Source: an uncultured Anaerostipes sp. (GTDB lineage: Bacteria; Bacillota; Clostridia; Lachnospirales; Lachnospiraceae). Taken from it: a DNA stretch of 64,000 nt. The notes beneath the pieces are model-generated. The model was not told the DNA's origin and made no database searches. It saw only the letters and a list, made by a program, of their open reading frames with translations. The DNA lies in the NCBI GenBank assembly GCA_902494405.1, contig CABUTD010000002.1, positions 20,428 through 84,427 on the forward strand, written 5' to 3'. Made by a program: the position numbers and the translations under genes. Below, piece after piece: positions 61,687 through 64,000 of the stretch; positions within the stretch are counted from its first letter, which is position 1, and every line of letters starts with the position of its first letter.

Positions 61687-61740
61687 AAAGCGGAGTGAGT
61701 CCCTCAAGGATTGAGGGATTTGCTCCGCTTTGTTTCGTTT
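61687..61740 (+). terminator. Compound terminator hairpin after the isochorismatase-family gene
   Basis: Outer stem AAAGCGGAG / CTCCGCTTT encloses inner stem TCCCTCAA / TTGAGGGA, followed by a T-rich tract. Confidence 0.6.
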
Positions 61741-61765
61741 CGCAAGGTCTTATTGCATTACCTTG

Positions 61766-61803
61766 TTGGTTATAGTCTATCACTATAACCAACTATTTTT
61801 TTT
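61766..61803 (+). terminator. Second strong terminator-like hairpin
   Basis: A perfect 11-bp stem TTGGTTATAGT / ACTATAACCAA with a 5-nt loop, then a run of 8 T after 3 nt. Confidence 0.6.
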
Positions 61804-61913
61804 CGGTATTTCACAACAGGATTTCTTTGAGGTAAACTAAGTGTACGTAAAAAAGCACCGGTTATGACAAGTGGTGAGTAAACAATAAATTTAGCTTTGC
61901 AGGAGGATATAAT

Positions 61914-63029
61914 ATGAGTACATTTCGTACACCGTTTCGATATGATTTTGTGGGAAGTTTTTTAAGACCGGAACGTTTAAAGAAAGCGAGAGCAGCATAT
62001 GAAGATGGGAGCGTCAGCAGGGAAGAACTGACAAAGACAGAGGATGAATGCATCCGGAATTTGGTGGAAAAACAAAAGGCGGCAGGGTACCATGTTATTA
62101 CAGATGGTGAATTTCGCAGAGCCACATGGCATCTGGATTTTATGTGGGGATTTGAAGGTGTTGGTCACAGTAAAACCCAGACGGGACTTCCGTTTCACGG
62201 TGAGGCAGCCATGATTGATGACACTTATCTCACCGGAAAGGTTGCTTACAAAGCACATCCGTTTGTAGAAGATTTTAAATTTGTAAAAGCTTTGGAAGAT
62301 GAGAGTACCGTAGCCAAACTTACAATTCCGGCGCCGGCACAGTTTATGGAACAGATGATTATGCCGTTTGCATGGGAAAATTCTAAGAAATTTTACGAAA
62401 CCAAGGAGGAATTGGCAAAAGATATTACAAAAGGATATCAGCAGTTTATTCAGGATGTTTATGCGGCAGGATGCAGAAATCTTCAGTTTGATGATTGCTC
62501 CTGGGGAATGTTAGTGGACCCGAAAGCCTGTGAATTTTTTGGAACCGATGCGGCAGGACTTGAAAAAATCAAGAATGAATTGTTGGAACTTAACAATGCA
62601 GCTATCGAAGGAAAACCAGAAGATCTTGTGATCAGTACGCATGTATGCAGAGGTAATTTCCACTCCACCTATGCAAGCAGCGGAGCTTATGACAGTGTGG
62701 CGCAGACATTGTTTGCGAAAGAAAATGTGGAAGCTTATTATCTGGAATTTGATGATGAGCGGTCCGGAGGTTTTGAATCTCTTGCAAAGGTATCCGGTGA
62801 TAAAAAGGTAGTTCTTGGGTTAATTACGACAAAAACACCAAAACTTGAGGATAAGGAGACTATAATTCAAAGAATTAAAGAGGCAGCGAAGTATCTTCCG
62901 TTGGATCGCCTGTATCTAAGTCCACAGTGCGGATTTGCATCCTGTGAAATCGGAAATAAACTGACGGAAGAAGAACAGTGGGCAAAATTAGCCCTAGTAA
63001 AAGAAATCGCAGAAGAAGTCTGGAAATAG
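61914..63029 (+). CDS. Cobalamin-independent methionine synthase family protein (MetE C-terminal-domain-like, YxjG/YxjH type)
   Basis: 371 aa, beginning FRYDFVGSFLRP, with Zn-ligand blocks THVCRGNF and SPQCGFAS. Confidence 0.82.
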   Translation: MSTFRTPFRYDFVGSFLRPERLKKARAAYEDGSVSREELTKTEDECIRNLVEKQKAAGYHVITDGEFRRATWHLDFMWGFEGVGHSKTQTGLPFHGEAAMIDDTYLTGKVAYKAHPFVEDFKFVKALEDESTVAKLTIPAPAQFMEQMIMPFAWENSKKFYETKEELAKDITKGYQQFIQDVYAAGCRNLQFDDCSWGMLVDPKACEFFGTDAAGLEKIKNELLELNNAAIEGKPEDLVISTHVCRGNFHSTYASSGAYDSVAQTLFAKENVEAYYLEFDDERSGGFESLAKVSGDKKVVLGLITTKTPKLEDKETIIQRIKEAAKYLPLDRLYLSPQCGFASCEIGNKLTEEEQWAKLALVKEIAEEVWK

Positions 63030-63058
63030 AGATTCGACTTTTATCGAAAGAGAAGATC

Positions 63059-63100
63059 AACCGGAGCCGTTTTTAAGTTTGTACAATGGCTCCGGTTTGT
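63059..63100. terminator. Bidirectional hairpin between the MetE-like gene and mutS2
   Basis: AACCGGAGCC / GGCTCCGGTT 10-bp stem between convergent genes. Confidence 0.55.
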
Positions 63101-63120
63101 TAAGTTTTAGAAATTATGCG

Positions 63121-64000
63121 TCACAGCAATACGACGGTCACGCCCAGATCGCCTTCTCCGTATTCGCCATCGCGATATCCGGAAATCCTATGTTGCTTTT
63201 TCAATTGCTTGAAGTAGGTGTGAAGACCCTTTCTCAGAGCGCCGGTGCCTTTTCCGTGCACTACGGTTATCTGATTTAAATTGGCAAGGCAGGCATCGTC
63301 AATATATTTATCCAGCTGGGAAACGGCCTCATCGACAGTCATTCCCATAACATTGATTTCCGGCTTGATGGAAGCCGCTTTTTGAATGGAAGTTCGTCCG
63401 CGGTTTCTGCTTTCATTTCGTTGATTTTCTTTTTTCACTTCCTGTATTGTTTTTGTTATCTCAAGATCTTTGATGTTGACTAAGGAACGCATCATTCCCA
63501 TCTGTACATAGAGATCCCCCTTAGCGTTGGGGAGAGTGGAAACAGTTCCCGCCAACGAAAGACTGGTCACATAAACCTCATCTCCAATATGAAAATCCAC
63601 AGGATCATGATGGCGTTTCCGGCGTTTTTTAGATTTGTATGCCATCTGGTTTTCCAGTTTGCTCATATGACCGCGGAGATCGCTACGCATATGTTCCATT
63701 TTCTTGTTAGTATCAGGGTGATTGCGTTGTTTTTTCAGTTGATTGTATTCCCTGATGGTGGAATCTGCGATTTCTTTTGCTTCGGAAATAATATTATGAG
63801 CTTCTTCTCGTGCCTCCCGGAGCATTTTTTCCCGTTTTTCTTTGAGATGATCCTGCTTGGATTTTAAGCTTTGTCGGAGGGATTCTATTTCCTTTCGATA
63901 CTCTAAAATTTCCTCTTGTTCCTGTTCAATGGTCTGCTTACTTTGTTCCAGATCCGTAAGGATACTTTCAAAATCTTTTACGGACTGGTCGATCTGACCG
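63121..64000 (-). CDS. mutS2: Endonuclease MutS2, C-terminal part (5' end lies beyond the window)
   Basis: I checked that the frame stays open from 63826 to the window edge. A charged coiled-coil region is followed by a C-terminal Smr domain (INVMGMTVDEAVSQLDKYIDDA...VVHGKGTGALR). Confidence 0.85.
   Translation of the reverse strand, partial: GQIDQSVKDFESILTDLEQSKQTIEQEQEEILEYRKEIESLRQSLKSKQDHLKEKREKMLREAREEAHNIISEAKEIADSTIREYNQLKKQRNHPDTNKKMEHMRSDLRGHMSKLENQMAYKSKKRRKRHHDPVDFHIGDEVYVTSLSLAGTVSTLPNAKGDLYVQMGMMRSLVNIKDLEITKTIQEVKKENQRNESRNRGRTSIQKAASIKPEINVMGMTVDEAVSQLDKYIDDACLANLNQITVVHGKGTGALRKGLHTYFKQLKKQHRISGYRDGEYGEGDLGVTVVLL

Overview
This 64-kb window looks like core chromosome from a low-GC Gram-positive anaerobe. 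The protein style is Clostridia, possibly Lachnospiraceae, but that assignment is an inference. It is gene-dense and mostly transcribed on the + strand.

Gene content, in order:
- ABC exporter (5' partial), tatD, rsmA, tadA
- a secreted C1 cysteine peptidase and a long-form SRP RNA, which the ORF track covers with a spurious ORF
- a small alarmone synthetase
- a large membrane-anchored hypothetical protein followed by PBP1A
- prs, dnaI-like and dnaD-like genes, a dense DnaA-box cluster, murC, spoVG
- DUF951-rpsF-ssb-rpsR, gdpP-rplI-dnaB, comFC, mutY
- metQ plus a polar amino-acid ABC transporter, and a VanZ-like protein
- a nine-gene V/A-type ATPase operon
- a mannitol PTS operon on the minus strand
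- a 1114-aa multidomain secreted phosphodiesterase
- a LacI-controlled glycerol/glycerol-3-phosphate operon
- asnS, yqeY, an isochorismatase-family hydrolase, a MetE-like methyltransferase, and the 3' part of mutS2

I found no rRNA, tRNA, CRISPR array, transposase, integrase, phage gene or recognisable defence or toxin system. I cannot point to a convincing new multi-gene system.

The observations most worth a second look are:
- the DnaA-box cluster in front of the helicase-loader operon
- the mannitol locus, which has a truncated MtlR and two free-standing EIIA proteins
- the hypothetical protein paired with PBP1A, which may carry a degenerate C39-like C-terminal domain
- the lysine-rich C-terminal module shared by two secreted enzymes
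- a divergent GpsA paralog inside the glycerol operon
- several perfect palindromes and hairpins in intergenic regions

All protein calls rest on motifs read by eye from the translations. No database search was run.
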